A stretch of 64,000 nucleotides of DNA from an uncultured bacterium (GTDB taxonomy: Bacteria; Omnitrophota; Omnitrophia; Omnitrophales; Aquincolibacteriaceae), in assembly GCA_964606385.1 (NCBI GenBank), contig CAZSFZ010000004.1:47344-111343 (forward strand), written 5' to 3'. Under the pieces are notes generated by a model. It ran no database searches. It was not told where the DNA came from and saw nothing but the letters and a program-made list of their open reading frames with translations. Position 1 is the stretch's first letter, and each line of letters opens with the position of its first letter. A program made the translations under genes and the position numbers. Shown in pieces: positions 27,612-37,677 of the stretch.

Positions 27612-28969
27612 TGCGGCAATTCCTTCTCAAATTTCAACTTTTATTCGAGGCGGTGATCCTTCTGGCGACGATCGCGCTCATTTATGTGGTGATCTATCCT
27701 TTTCCCGAACGCTGGGACCTTACCCATGAAAAGATCTATTCGCTCCCGCGCGCCACGACCGGTGTCTTGAGGGACCTCAAGGATCGCAGGGTCGAACTGC
27801 TTCTTTTCTTTGCCCAGGACGATCCCCAGCGCCAGGGGCTCGAGGTGTTCCTCAAAGAATGCCGCCGGCATCACCCCGACTTTCATTATGATTTTTACGA
27901 CCCGGTCCGACGCCCGCAATTAGCGCGTAAGTTCAGCATCTCGTCGCCAAAAACGGTGGTCTTCCGTTCGGAGGGACGTGAAGAACGTCTGGTCGGGCCG
28001 ACTGAGGAGGGTTTCACGAACGCTTTCCTGCGGCTGCTTTATCCCAAAGACCTGGATGTTTGTTTTGTCTCAGGGCATGGTGAGGTGGAGCTTGATGATG
28101 ATTCAACGGGTGGGTACCAGCGGTTCCGGGACACCTTGCAGGGATACAACGCCAAGGTTCACGGGATCGTTCTCACGCGTGACCATGTGCCGGAGGCCTG
28201 TCAGGTCGTCGTTTTGGGCGGTCCCCGGTGGGAACTGACACCCGAGGAATTCTCGGATTTGGACAAGGCCTTCGAAAAGGGTAAAGGTGTCATGCTCCTG
28301 ATCGACCCAATGGATCCGGGAGCGGGAAGGGCGTTTATGGAGTTCGCTCAAAAATACAGCGTGGCGCTCGGGCAGAACGTGATCGTGGACAAGGTCAGCC
28401 GTATGGTGGGAGGGGATTTTCTGATGCCTCTCGTGAGCCGGTATGTCATGACGCATCCGGCGACCAAAGCCATGAAGCAGGCGACGTTTTTTCCTCTTGT
28501 GCGTACGGTCCAGCCTTCTACCGATACGAATCCCGGTCTGGAGGTGACCCCTCTGGCCATGACAAGCGAGGGGAGTTGGGGAGAGACCGATCTCGTGGCT
28601 TTGGAGAACGGGAATGCTTCCTTTCAGATGCAAGCGGACATCGCCGGCCCCTTGCCGGTGATCGTGGCGGTCGAAAAGAGACAAGACGAAAAAACCGCGG
28701 GACGGATGATCATCGCCGGAGACGGGGATTTCCTGACAAACGGTTATATCGATCTTTCCGGGAACAAGGATCTGGGGCTCAGTCTGGTCCGCTGGCTTGC
28801 TAATGATGACCGTTTCATGGATGTAAAAAGGGCCGAGCTCCGTTTCAAGCCTCTTTTGCTCAACGTGACGCAGCGGGCCCGGCTGATGATCCTCCTGCTC
28901 GCCGTGTATCCGCTTTCATTTTTTGTCCTGGGCGGGATGTATCTTGTGATCCGCTTCAGAACGTCATAA
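27611..28969 (+). CDS. GldG-like ABC-transport auxiliary component
   Basis: N- and C-terminal TM anchors around a large periplasmic domain. ATG 27611 overlaps the permease stop (ATGA). The ORF-track start 27452 is rejected. Confidence 0.65.
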   Translation: MRQFLLKFQLLFEAVILLATIALIYVVIYPFPERWDLTHEKIYSLPRATTGVLRDLKDRRVELLLFFAQDDPQRQGLEVFLKECRRHHPDFHYDFYDPVRRPQLARKFSISSPKTVVFRSEGREERLVGPTEEGFTNAFLRLLYPKDLDVCFVSGHGEVELDDDSTGGYQRFRDTLQGYNAKVHGIVLTRDHVPEACQVVVLGGPRWELTPEEFSDLDKAFEKGKGVMLLIDPMDPGAGRAFMEFAQKYSVALGQNVIVDKVSRMVGGDFLMPLVSRYVMTHPATKAMKQATFFPLVRTVQPSTDTNPGLEVTPLAMTSEGSWGETDLVALENGNASFQMQADIAGPLPVIVAVEKRQDEKTAGRMIIAGDGDFLTNGYIDLSGNKDLGLSLVRWLANDDRFMDVKRAELRFKPLLLNVTQRARLMILLLAVYPLSFFVLGGMYLVIRFRTS

Positions 28970-28983
28970 GAGGTTCATGCCCG

Positions 28984-29994
28984 ATGAAGTTGATCCGCAC
29001 CCTTGTTTTCATGCTTGTCTTTGCCGCCGTTCTGACGGTTTATTTTATCCAGGTCCGGCTTGCCAAACAGACCTTGATGATCCTGCCCGACGAAGTGAAC
29101 CGCACGGTCAACATCTCCAAAAGCGATCTGGTCGATCGCGTGGAATTACGCGACCACGTCCAAAAAACCAAGATCGCGCTCAGGAAAAAGGACGGGGCAT
29201 GGATGATGGAGCGGCCCGTTCGCTATCCGGCCGAAAGCCAGATCGTCGAGGGATTCGCGGTCGCGGCGCGCATGGCTTCCCAGCAGGCGCGGTTGAGGGC
29301 CGAAAAAAACTGGGAGGAATACGGCCTCGAAAAACCGGAAATGGAAGTATTGTTCGGCCTGCCCGGAAAAAGGACCGTAACGCTGCTTTTTGGGGGGCCT
29401 TCGCCGATCGGGAAAGCTGTTTTCGCGCGCTGGAAGGAAGAACGGGGATTTTTCCTGCTACCTCCCGAAATGAAAGCCATGTTCCGTCAAACCGTTTATG
29501 CCCTGCGCCAAAAAAGTCTATTCCGCCTTTCTCCGGACCTGATCCGGAAGGTCACTGTCGAAATGGGCCCCAATATTTACCAGTGGAAGAAGGAAGGCGA
29601 CACATGGTATTGGCTTGAACCCGTATCGAGGTTCGGCCAAACGTTCCCGGCTGAGTCTATGGCCGCCGTGTTGGGAGGCCTGGGACATTTGAATGTCCGG
29701 GAATTCCAGGATCAGAACCAGAAGCCCAAGTCCGAGCTCGGGTTTTTCATGATCCATGACCTGATCCGCATCGAAGCGGAGGACGGCAAAAAAGAAACGT
29801 TCTATTTCGGTAACGAAGTGCCGGAGAAAAACGCCTATTACGGATTCCGCGAGGGGGAAGAGGCGGTCTTCCTCGTCGACCGGGCCAATGTGATCGCATT
29901 CATGGACCTCATCAAGATGGTTCAGACCGAGAAGCCGAAACTTGAAACAAAAGATCTGAGCGCGGCCACGCCAGAACAGCCGCCTGCGTCATGA
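28984..29994 (+). CDS. DUF4340-like membrane-anchored protein (partner of GldG/ABC-2 systems)
   Basis: N-terminal TM (LVFMLVFAAVLTVYFI). In operon after GldG-like. Confidence 0.55.
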   Translation: MKLIRTLVFMLVFAAVLTVYFIQVRLAKQTLMILPDEVNRTVNISKSDLVDRVELRDHVQKTKIALRKKDGAWMMERPVRYPAESQIVEGFAVAARMASQQARLRAEKNWEEYGLEKPEMEVLFGLPGKRTVTLLFGGPSPIGKAVFARWKEERGFFLLPPEMKAMFRQTVYALRQKSLFRLSPDLIRKVTVEMGPNIYQWKKEGDTWYWLEPVSRFGQTFPAESMAAVLGGLGHLNVREFQDQNQKPKSELGFFMIHDLIRIEAEDGKKETFYFGNEVPEKNAYYGFREGEEAVFLVDRANVIAFMDLIKMVQTEKPKLETKDLSAATPEQPPAS

Positions 29995-30680
29995 GCATCG
30001 CGCAAGCCATCAAGGATCTTCGGAATTCTATCAAGGAAACGGCGCTGCGCTCCGGCCGTGGCCCCGAAAGCATCCGGCTTGTCATTGTGACGAAGACCAT
30101 CGAACCGGAGCGCATTCTAGAGGCTTATCAGACAGGCGAGCGGGATTTCGGCGAGAACCGTGTCCAGGAGTGGCAGGAAAAGAAAGATGCCCTTCCGCAG
30201 GATATCCGCTGGCATTTGATCGGCCATCTGCAGACGAATAAAGTGAAGTACGTGATCGATCGGGTCGCGCTCATCCATTCGTTGGACCGGGTTGATCTCG
30301 CGGACGCTATTGAAAAGCAGGCGAAGGCCAGGGGGATCAAAGAGATCCCGTGCCTTGTTCAGGTGAATATGTCGGGAGAAGAAAGCAAGTTCGGTCTTGC
30401 TCCGGGAATGGCCGAAGATTTTGTAAGGCAAATGTCCTTGCGGCCTTCGGTCAAGATCTTGGGGCTCATGAGCATCGGACCCTTAACGGAGGATGAAGCA
30501 AGGATCCGGGAGTGCTTTCGTCAAACGAAGGCGCTCATGGAAGATCTGAAGAGACAATTCCCGCAACATGCCTGGGATATCCTGTCCATGGGCATGTCGT
30601 CAGATTATAAGATTGCCATTGAAGAAGGCGCAAATATGCTTAGAATTGGATCTTTAATCTTTCCGAGGGATACCAAATAA
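29991..30680 (+). CDS. yggS: YggS-family pyridoxal-phosphate homeostasis protein
   Basis: Alanine-racemase-N-like fold motifs (VTKTIEPERI, IGHLQTNKVKY). ATGA overlap with upstream gene. Conserved YggS-ProC-YggT neighbourhood. Confidence 0.8.
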   Translation: MSIAQAIKDLRNSIKETALRSGRGPESIRLVIVTKTIEPERILEAYQTGERDFGENRVQEWQEKKDALPQDIRWHLIGHLQTNKVKYVIDRVALIHSLDRVDLADAIEKQAKARGIKEIPCLVQVNMSGEESKFGLAPGMAEDFVRQMSLRPSVKILGLMSIGPLTEDEARIRECFRQTKALMEDLKRQFPQHAWDILSMGMSSDYKIAIEEGANMLRIGSLIFPRDTK

Positions 30681-31496
30681 ATGAAGACTTTAGGCCATAA
30701 AAGGATCGGTGTGATCGGCGTCGGCAATATGGGGGCCTCGATCCTGGAGGGTGTGCTCAAAAATCGCCTCACAACTCCTTCCCGCGTATGGGTTTATGAC
30801 AAGATCGAAGGAAAGGCAAGGGCTTTTGCCGCCCGATATCATGTCGGACGGGCTTCTTCCGTCCAGGAGCTTCTGAAGAAAGTGGACGTGGTGTTGCTCG
30901 CCATGAAACCCCAGGATTTTCTGAATTTTGCTATCGAGTGTCGCTCTTCGTTCAAGCGGGGACAGACCGTCCTATCCATTCTTGCCGGGATGACGACGGA
31001 GAGGATTCAAAAGGCGCTTGGGCGCCATGTCGTGGCTGTGCGGGCCATGCCGAATTTGGGGGCCCAGGTGGGGCAATCGATGACCGTTGTGTGCGGGAAA
31101 GACAAAACGGCGCTTTCTTTCGCTCAAAGACTTTTTGCGGGTTGCGGGGAAGTCGTGGTCCTTCCCGAGAATAAACTGGATCTTGTGACCGCCGTGAGCG
31201 GCAGCGGGCCGGCCTACTTTTTTCATTTGATGGAAATTTTAACGGACTTCGGCGTGAAACAAGGGCTTTCTCCTAAAGTTGCCCGCGTGCTGGCCGTTCA
31301 AACGGGGCTCGGGGCCGCGCTTCTCGCGAAACATTCCGAAACATGCTGCGGCGAGCTTCGCCAACGAGTCACTTCCAAAAAGGGAACTACGGAAGCGGCC
31401 CTCAAGACTTTGAAGCGGGGAAAGTTTTCGGGGCTTTTCCAACGGGCGCTTAAGGCGGCCATGGCCCGGAGCCGCGCGTTGCGGAAGGGGAACTGA
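30681..31496 (+). CDS. proC: Pyrroline-5-carboxylate reductase
   Basis: Rossmann IGVIGVGNMGASIL and a ProC C-terminal dimerisation domain (SKKGTTEAAL). Confidence 0.85.
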   Translation: MKTLGHKRIGVIGVGNMGASILEGVLKNRLTTPSRVWVYDKIEGKARAFAARYHVGRASSVQELLKKVDVVLLAMKPQDFLNFAIECRSSFKRGQTVLSILAGMTTERIQKALGRHVVAVRAMPNLGAQVGQSMTVVCGKDKTALSFAQRLFAGCGEVVVLPENKLDLVTAVSGSGPAYFFHLMEILTDFGVKQGLSPKVARVLAVQTGLGAALLAKHSETCCGELRQRVTSKKGTTEAALKTLKRGKFSGLFQRALKAAMARSRALRKGN

Positions 31497-31792
31497 TGTT
31501 CGTATTGGGCATTATTTTTCAAGGATTAGCGATGCTGGTGAACGGGATCTGCACGATCCTTTATTGGCTTCTTTTCGCGAGGATCCTTGTCTCGTGGTTC
31601 CCAGTCGATCCTTACTCGGGTCCAATGCAATTCCTGAGGCAGGTCACGGATCCGATCCTGGAGCCGCTCCGGCGGCTTCCGCTGCGGATCGGGATGATGG
31701 ATTTTTCACCCCTGGTCGCTTTTTTCATGATCTACGTGACGAACAAGGTGCTTGTTACGATCCTTATAAGGCTTGCCTACCAATTCCAATAG
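31496..31792 (+). CDS. yggT: YggT-family membrane protein
   Basis: ILYWLLFARILVSWFP...DPYSGP...LRRLP, typical YggT. ATGA overlap with proC. Confidence 0.75.
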   Translation: MFVLGIIFQGLAMLVNGICTILYWLLFARILVSWFPVDPYSGPMQFLRQVTDPILEPLRRLPLRIGMMDFSPLVAFFMIYVTNKVLVTILIRLAYQFQ

Positions 31793-31805
31793 GAGATATT
31801 TGATT

Positions 31806-32654
31806 ATGCCGATGAAACGCACTCAAAAACCCCAAGGCCCACTTTTGCAGAAGATCGATGCCTGTGTTGCGGCCATCCGGGAAAAAACGGATTTTGTCCC
31901 GGAGATCGCGCTGGTGCTTGGGACGGGGCTCGGGAATCTCGCGAAGAGGATCAAGGCGGAAAAGGTCCTGACGTATGAACAACTGCCGCATTTCCCGAAA
32001 TCGACCGTGGAATCCCATAAGGGACAGCTCGTGCTTGGTGAACTTTCCGGGAAAAAGATCGCGGCGATGGAAGGCCGGTTCCATTTTTACGAAGGATATG
32101 CCCTTGAGGATGTGACGTTCGGGGTGCGCGTTCTCAAACAACTGGGCGCCAAGACGCTCATTGTTTCGAACGCGGCAGGCGGACTCAATTTGAATTATAA
32201 AAAAGGCTCCATCGTCCTGATCAAGGATCACATCAATTTTATGGGTGTGAATCCGCTTGTGGGCCCGAATGAGAATAAACTGGGCCCCCGGTTCCCGGAC
32301 ATGTATGAACCTTATTCCCAGCGCTTGATCGATCTTACGGTGAAGGCTTCCAAGGAAGTTAAAGTGCCTGTGGAACAAGGCGTCTATATCGGGGTGACGG
32401 GGCCCTGCCTCGAGACGCGGGCGGAATACCGCATGATGCGTCAGTGGGGCGCGGACCTCGTCGGGATGTCCACGGTGCCCGAAGTGATCGTGGGCGTGCA
32501 TATGGGGATGGAGATCCTGGGTTTCAGTATTGTGACCGATACGTGTGACCCGGACCATCTGGAGCCCTGCAATATCCAAGAAATTATCAAGACGGCGAAC
32601 GAGGCCGGCCCGAAGCTGGATAAACTGATCACGGCGGCGATCGCGAAATTCTAA
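31806..32654 (+). CDS. punA: Purine nucleoside phosphorylase (PNP family 2 / PunA-type)
   Basis: LVLGTGLG, GRFHFYEGY and VSNAAGGLN motifs. Start uncertain (ORF-track 31773; ATG 31806/31812). Confidence 0.75.
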   Translation: MPMKRTQKPQGPLLQKIDACVAAIREKTDFVPEIALVLGTGLGNLAKRIKAEKVLTYEQLPHFPKSTVESHKGQLVLGELSGKKIAAMEGRFHFYEGYALEDVTFGVRVLKQLGAKTLIVSNAAGGLNLNYKKGSIVLIKDHINFMGVNPLVGPNENKLGPRFPDMYEPYSQRLIDLTVKASKEVKVPVEQGVYIGVTGPCLETRAEYRMMRQWGADLVGMSTVPEVIVGVHMGMEILGFSIVTDTCDPDHLEPCNIQEIIKTANEAGPKLDKLITAAIAKF

Positions 32655-32660
32655 AGCCCA

Positions 32661-32730
32661 GGAAACGGGAAATGGCGAACGGGAAACGGACTACAGCTTG
32701 CGTTCAACGTTCCCCGTTATCCGTTTCCCC
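32661..32730. repeat. Family-1 palindromic element between PNP gene and ileS
   Basis: ggaaacgggaaatggcgaacgggaaacgg-actacagcttg-cgttcaacgttccccgttatccgtttcccc. Confidence 0.7.
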
Positions 32731-32762
32731 ATTTAACATGTAAAGATTCAAGACCTGAACAT

Positions 32763-35591
32763 ATGGCAGAAGAAAAATCGTATAAAGAAACTTTGAATCT
32801 TCCCCAGACAAGCTTTCCCATGAAAGCGAATCTGGCCCAGCGTGAGCCGGAGATGCTCAAGGCCTGGGAAGCTCAGGACCTGCATGCGGCGATCCGCGCG
32901 AAGTCCGCGGGGAAGCCCAAGTACATCCTTCACGACGGGCCTCCTTACGCGAACGGACACATCCACATTGGTCACGCGCTGAATAAAGTGCTGAAAGACC
33001 TCATCGTGAAATACCAGACGATGCGGGGCCATGACGCGCTCTATGTGCCGGGCTGGGATTGCCACGGGCTTCCGATCGAGCATGCCTGTCTCAAGGAGAT
33101 GGGAAAGCGCAAGGAAGAAGTAGACCGGGTCGAATTCCGGAAACAGGCCCGCAAATACGCCGAAAAATTCGTCGGGATCCAACGCGAGGAGTTCAAGCGG
33201 CTCGGGATCTTCGGGGAGTGGGATGCGCCGTACCTCACGATGAACTACGGCTACCAGACCGCGATCGCGGCGTCTTTCCTGAAACTTTACGAAGACGGTT
33301 TTATTGAACAGCGTTTGAAGCCCGTTCCGTGGTGCCATGATTGCGATACGGCGCTCGCGGAGGCCGAGCTTGAATATGAAGACAAGATCTCCAAGTCGGT
33401 TTATGTGAAATTTCCCGTCGAACATACCTCAAGCTCTTTAAAACTTCCGTCCGGTGCTAAAGTTTATTTGCTGGTATGGACCACGACGCCCTGGACGCTC
33501 CCGGCCAACGTCGGTTCGGCCGTGCATCCCGAACTCGAGTACGGATTATTTCAGAAGGGCGACGAGTTTTACATCTTTGCCAAAGCGCTCGAGGCGAAGC
33601 TTAAAGAGAAGGTCGATCTTGCCGGATTCAATCTTGTGAAGACCCTGGCAGGTCAGGAACTCAACGGGATGGAGTACCATCATCCCTTCCTCGACCGTAA
33701 AGGAAAAGTGATCACGGCGGATTATGTTTCCAGCGAAGACGGCACGGGGATCGTGCATATCGCGCCGGGACACGGCGAGGACGACTACAAGCACGGGCAT
33801 CTCGAGCATGGGCTCGCGATCATTTCGCCGGTGGACCACCGCGGAAGGTTTACGGAAGAATTCCCGTTCTGCAAAGGCGAGCATGTTTTCAAGGCGAACC
33901 CCAGGATCACGGCGCTTTTGGCTGAAAAAGGGCTGCTTCTCAAGGAAGAGGATTACTCGCACAGCTACCCTCATTGCTGGCGCTGCAAAAAACCGATCCT
34001 TTTTCGCGCGACCACGCAATGGTTCATGAAGATCGACCACAAAGATCTCCGCAAACGCATGAAACACGCGATCGATAAGGATATCCAGTTCATTCCGGAT
34101 TGGGGAAGGAACCGCATCGGGGCGATGGTGGAAACGCGTCCGGAATGGTGCCTGTCGCGCCAGCGGTATTGGGGCGTGCCGATCCCGGTGATCCGCTGCA
34201 AAAATTGCTCCGGCGTTCATTTTGTGAAAGAGTCCAAGGCGAAGATCCTCGGGCTTTTCGAAAAAGAGGGGGCCGATGCCTGGTTCGCGCATCCGGCGGA
34301 GGCTTTTCTGCCTCCGGGGATCAAGTGCCCGAAATGTCACCGATCCGAATTTGAAAAGGAGAGTGATATTATCGATGTCTGGTTCGATTCGGGAGTGAGC
34401 CATCAGGCCGTGCTCCGCCGCCATCCGGGCTTGCGCTATCCCGCGGATCTTTATCTCGAAGGTTCCGACCAGCACCGGGGATGGTTCCAAAGCGCGCTCA
34501 CGACGGCGATGGCGCTCGAGAACAAGAGCTCGTTTAAAAGCGTCCTGACGCACGGGTTCGTGATGGACGGCCAGGGAAAGAAAATGTCCAAGTCCGCCGG
34601 GAATGTCGTGACGCCGCAGGATGTGATGAAGGAGTTCGGCGCCGACGTGCTGCGGCTTTGGGTGACCTCGTGCGATTATCAGTTCGATGTCCGGCTCTCC
34701 AACGAGATCCTGAAGCAGCTTGTGGACACGTACCGCAAGATCCGCAACACGTTCCGTTATTTTCTTTCGAACCTTTACGATTTTGAACACGTGAAGCATG
34801 CTGTCCCTTATGAAAAACTGCATCCGCTCGACCGATGGGCGATGGCTCGGGCGGATCATCTGGTCGCGTCGGTCACGGGACTTTATGAGCGTTTTGAATT
34901 TCATGAGATCTACCGCGAGGTCTACGATTTCTGCGTGGTAGACCTGAGCGCTTATTATCTGGACGCGCTGAAGGATACGCTTTATACCGCGGCGCCGGTT
35001 TCCTGGCTTCGCCGTTCGGCCCAGACGGCGTTTCTCTATATCCTTTCGAGGCTCGTGAAGATCGTGGCGCCGGTCCTGCCTTTTACGGCGGATGAGGTAT
35101 GGAAATCGTACAAGCTCGAGGAGGGAGTGACGACGGTGCACGCGAGCGCGTGGCCGGAAATATCGAAAGACAAGAACGCGAAGGAATTCCGCGATTGGGA
35201 ACATCTCCGCGAGGTCCGGAATGCCGTCACACCGTTCCTTGAAAAGAAGCGGGAAGCCAAGGAGATCGGCGCGGGACTGGAGGCGAAGGTGATCCTGACT
35301 GCAGAAGATCCGGAATCTGCCGAAATATTACATAGATATGAAAAAGAACTCGCTCGCGTTTTTGTCGTGTCCCAGGTCGCTCTGGAGACTCAGACCGTGG
35401 AGGGTATGGAGGCCGCAGAAAGTGTTTCCGCGGTGCTCCAGAAAAAGTTCGGACTGAAGGTCCTTGTGACCCGGGCCGAAGGCGCGAAATGCGCCCGCTG
35501 TTGGAATTATTCCTCCTTCCTCGGTCAGGATCCCGAACACGGGACGCTTTGTCCCAAATGCACCGAAGCGATCCGGGAAAGCCGTTCTTAA
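32763..35591 (+). CDS. ileS: Isoleucine--tRNA ligase
   Basis: HIGH motif (PYANGHIHIGHALN), KMSKS (KMSKSAGN), CP1 editing region, C-terminal Zn-finger (CARCWNY...CPKC). Confidence 0.9.
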   Translation: MAEEKSYKETLNLPQTSFPMKANLAQREPEMLKAWEAQDLHAAIRAKSAGKPKYILHDGPPYANGHIHIGHALNKVLKDLIVKYQTMRGHDALYVPGWDCHGLPIEHACLKEMGKRKEEVDRVEFRKQARKYAEKFVGIQREEFKRLGIFGEWDAPYLTMNYGYQTAIAASFLKLYEDGFIEQRLKPVPWCHDCDTALAEAELEYEDKISKSVYVKFPVEHTSSSLKLPSGAKVYLLVWTTTPWTLPANVGSAVHPELEYGLFQKGDEFYIFAKALEAKLKEKVDLAGFNLVKTLAGQELNGMEYHHPFLDRKGKVITADYVSSEDGTGIVHIAPGHGEDDYKHGHLEHGLAIISPVDHRGRFTEEFPFCKGEHVFKANPRITALLAEKGLLLKEEDYSHSYPHCWRCKKPILFRATTQWFMKIDHKDLRKRMKHAIDKDIQFIPDWGRNRIGAMVETRPEWCLSRQRYWGVPIPVIRCKNCSGVHFVKESKAKILGLFEKEGADAWFAHPAEAFLPPGIKCPKCHRSEFEKESDIIDVWFDSGVSHQAVLRRHPGLRYPADLYLEGSDQHRGWFQSALTTAMALENKSSFKSVLTHGFVMDGQGKKMSKSAGNVVTPQDVMKEFGADVLRLWVTSCDYQFDVRLSNEILKQLVDTYRKIRNTFRYFLSNLYDFEHVKHAVPYEKLHPLDRWAMARADHLVASVTGLYERFEFHEIYREVYDFCVVDLSAYYLDALKDTLYTAAPVSWLRRSAQTAFLYILSRLVKIVAPVLPFTADEVWKSYKLEEGVTTVHASAWPEISKDKNAKEFRDWEHLREVRNAVTPFLEKKREAKEIGAGLEAKVILTAEDPESAEILHRYEKELARVFVVSQVALETQTVEGMEAAESVSAVLQKKFGLKVLVTRAEGAKCARCWNYSSFLGQDPEHGTLCPKCTEAIRESRS

Positions 35592-35678
35592 AAAAAGGAT
35601 CGACCTATTTTTAAAAAACAAGCGTCTTTCCATATAAGAACTCCGAAGATCGTCCTGAAGAAAGTCCTGGTCGGGCTT

Positions 35679-37157
35679 GTGCTTTTTTCATTGGGAGCCT
35701 TGGCGGTCTACCTGCTGCCTTTTGTGATCCCCGCCTCCCGGGTTTCGGGCGCCTGGGTGCATCATCCGCTGCTCCCGATCCTTGTGATGACCGTGATCTT
35801 CCTGGCGGCGTATAAGCCCACCGAAAGGCTGGTCAAAAAATTCCTCGAGAAATACTTTTTCCACAAGAAAACATTCGCCCAAATGACCCTGATGGACCTG
35901 GCGGGCGACCTGGCCGTGAATCTGGACCTTCAGGAGATCGCGAACCTGGTAGTGAACACGTTCGGGGAAGTGCTGCAGCTGAAGACCGTGGCGCTTCTTG
36001 TTTCGGATCCGCTACAGAATAATTTTGAGGTCAGCTCCGCCTACGGATGGACGATCTCGGCTTCCAAAAGGGTGAGGCTTGGATCGGAGACGCCTCTCGT
36101 TCGGATGATCCATCAGACAGGGCACCATACCCTGGTGCGCGGTCCCGTGCTGCAAAGCCTGACCTGGCAGGAAGCCAACGCGCTCGCGAAGGACCTTGAT
36201 TCCTTGCAGGCTGCTTGGGTTACCCCGCTTTTCGTCAAAGGGGAGCTGGTGGGGCTTCTGGCGTTCGGGTCGCTTGTGCCGGACAGGGTTTTTGACCAGT
36301 GGGATTTTCAGTTCTTCCGGGAGTTCGCGGCCGCGATCGCTCCGTGCGTGCATAACGCGATGGTCGTAAAACGCCTGAGGCAGCTTAATTTCGAGCTTCA
36401 GGATACCCAATCGCATTGGGTCCAGAAGACCAAATTGAACGCGATCGAGAAACTGGCGGCAGGCATCGCTCACGAGATCCATAATCCGCTCGCGATCATT
36501 TCCGGAAAGGCGCAGGTCCTGCTCATGCAAAAAGGCCCCAGGCAGTTGGAGCCGAATGTCCAGGACGCCCTCAATACGATAGTGAAGCAAACGCGGCGGG
36601 CGGCCGATATAACTAGAAAGCTTCTGATGTATTCCCAAGGTTCCCGGGGTCCCCAAGAGTGGATCTCGCTCGAAAAGGTCCTGGATGAGACTTTGGCGCT
36701 TTTGGCGTACCAGGCGACGATCGATAAGATCGAGATCGTCAGGAACCTGGACCCGGAACTGCCGCAGTTCTTCGCGAACATGCAGGAGATCCGGGAGATC
36801 TTTCTGAACCTGCTTTTGAACGCCGTCGAGGCGGTGGGCTCGGAAGGGAAGATCGTCGTGGAACTCAAGTATTACCGGGATGAGGAAGTGATCGAGATCG
36901 TGTGTTCGGACACGGGGAGAGGGATCCCGGCCGATCATCTGGATAAGGTCTTTAACCCGTTTTACACGACGCGTCATGAGGCGGTGGGGCTCGGGCTTTT
37001 TGTGACAAAGCAGATCGTGCACCGTTACGGCGGTTCGATCCGGGTCGAGAGTCAGGTGGGGATCGGCAGCATGTTCGTTTTGCAGCTGCCCTGCACGGCC
37101 AAGGATGTTCCGGCCGCGGAAATTGAAAAAACGGGAGCGCAGGTTTCAGGTAATTAA
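35679..37157 (+). CDS. Sensor histidine kinase (membrane + GAF-like + HisKA/HATPase)
   Basis: H-box LAAGIAHEIHNPLAII. N, G1 and G2 boxes (LNLLLNAVEA, DTGRGIP, GLGLFV). N-terminal TM segments. GTG start, tentative. Confidence 0.75.
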   Translation: MLFSLGALAVYLLPFVIPASRVSGAWVHHPLLPILVMTVIFLAAYKPTERLVKKFLEKYFFHKKTFAQMTLMDLAGDLAVNLDLQEIANLVVNTFGEVLQLKTVALLVSDPLQNNFEVSSAYGWTISASKRVRLGSETPLVRMIHQTGHHTLVRGPVLQSLTWQEANALAKDLDSLQAAWVTPLFVKGELVGLLAFGSLVPDRVFDQWDFQFFREFAAAIAPCVHNAMVVKRLRQLNFELQDTQSHWVQKTKLNAIEKLAAGIAHEIHNPLAIISGKAQVLLMQKGPRQLEPNVQDALNTIVKQTRRAADITRKLLMYSQGSRGPQEWISLEKVLDETLALLAYQATIDKIEIVRNLDPELPQFFANMQEIREIFLNLLLNAVEAVGSEGKIVVELKYYRDEEVIEIVCSDTGRGIPADHLDKVFNPFYTTRHEAVGLGLFVTKQIVHRYGGSIRVESQVGIGSMFVLQLPCTAKDVPAAEIEKTGAQVSGN

Positions 37158-37226
37158 CGAGGGTGATAGGGGGGATCCATGTCCTTTATCAATATCGGCC
37201 ACAAGCACTCAGGGAGGAATCCGGGA

Positions 37227-37601
37227 ATGAATAAATTGTTGATCGTGGATGACGAGATCGAGATCTGTGAATTCTTAAAATCCTTTTTCGAGGACCGCGA
37301 TTTCAAGGTCGCGACCGCCTGTGATGGGAACAAGGCCCTGGAGCAAATGAACGTTTTTCAGCCCGAAGTCGTCCTTTTGGATATCCAGATGCCGGGGTTG
37401 GACGGTCTTCAAACCCTCAAAAGGATCAAGGAAGCTTATCCCAAGGTCAAAGTCATCATGGTGACCGCCGTCGAGACCCAGGAAAAGATCGAAGAGGCCA
37501 TGCGGCTCGGAGCTGATAATTACATCACGAAGCCCCTCAGCCTCGAATATCTGGAAAAAGACGTCCAGGACAAGATCGATATTTTGGCCAAAGGCTCTTA
37601 G
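37227..37601 (+). CDS. Single-domain response regulator (CheY-like receiver)
   Basis: KLLIVDDE...VLLDIQMPGLDG...KVIMVTA receiver motifs. RBS AGGGAGGA before ATG 37227. Confidence 0.8.
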   Translation: MNKLLIVDDEIEICEFLKSFFEDRDFKVATACDGNKALEQMNVFQPEVVLLDIQMPGLDGLQTLKRIKEAYPKVKVIMVTAVETQEKIEEAMRLGADNYITKPLSLEYLEKDVQDKIDILAKGS

Positions 37602-37677
37602 GTCCCGATCCTCGGACCGAATAGGCGTTCTCATCTTTCCAGGATGAGGACCCGGAAAGCGACCCCGCCAGCCGGGG

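Noticed and set aside
33546-35204. 552-aa minus-strand ORF
   Set aside because: Antisense to ileS (HIGH/KMSKS motifs present on the plus strand).
36012-37022. 336-aa minus-strand ORF
   Set aside because: Antisense to the histidine kinase gene. No motifs.
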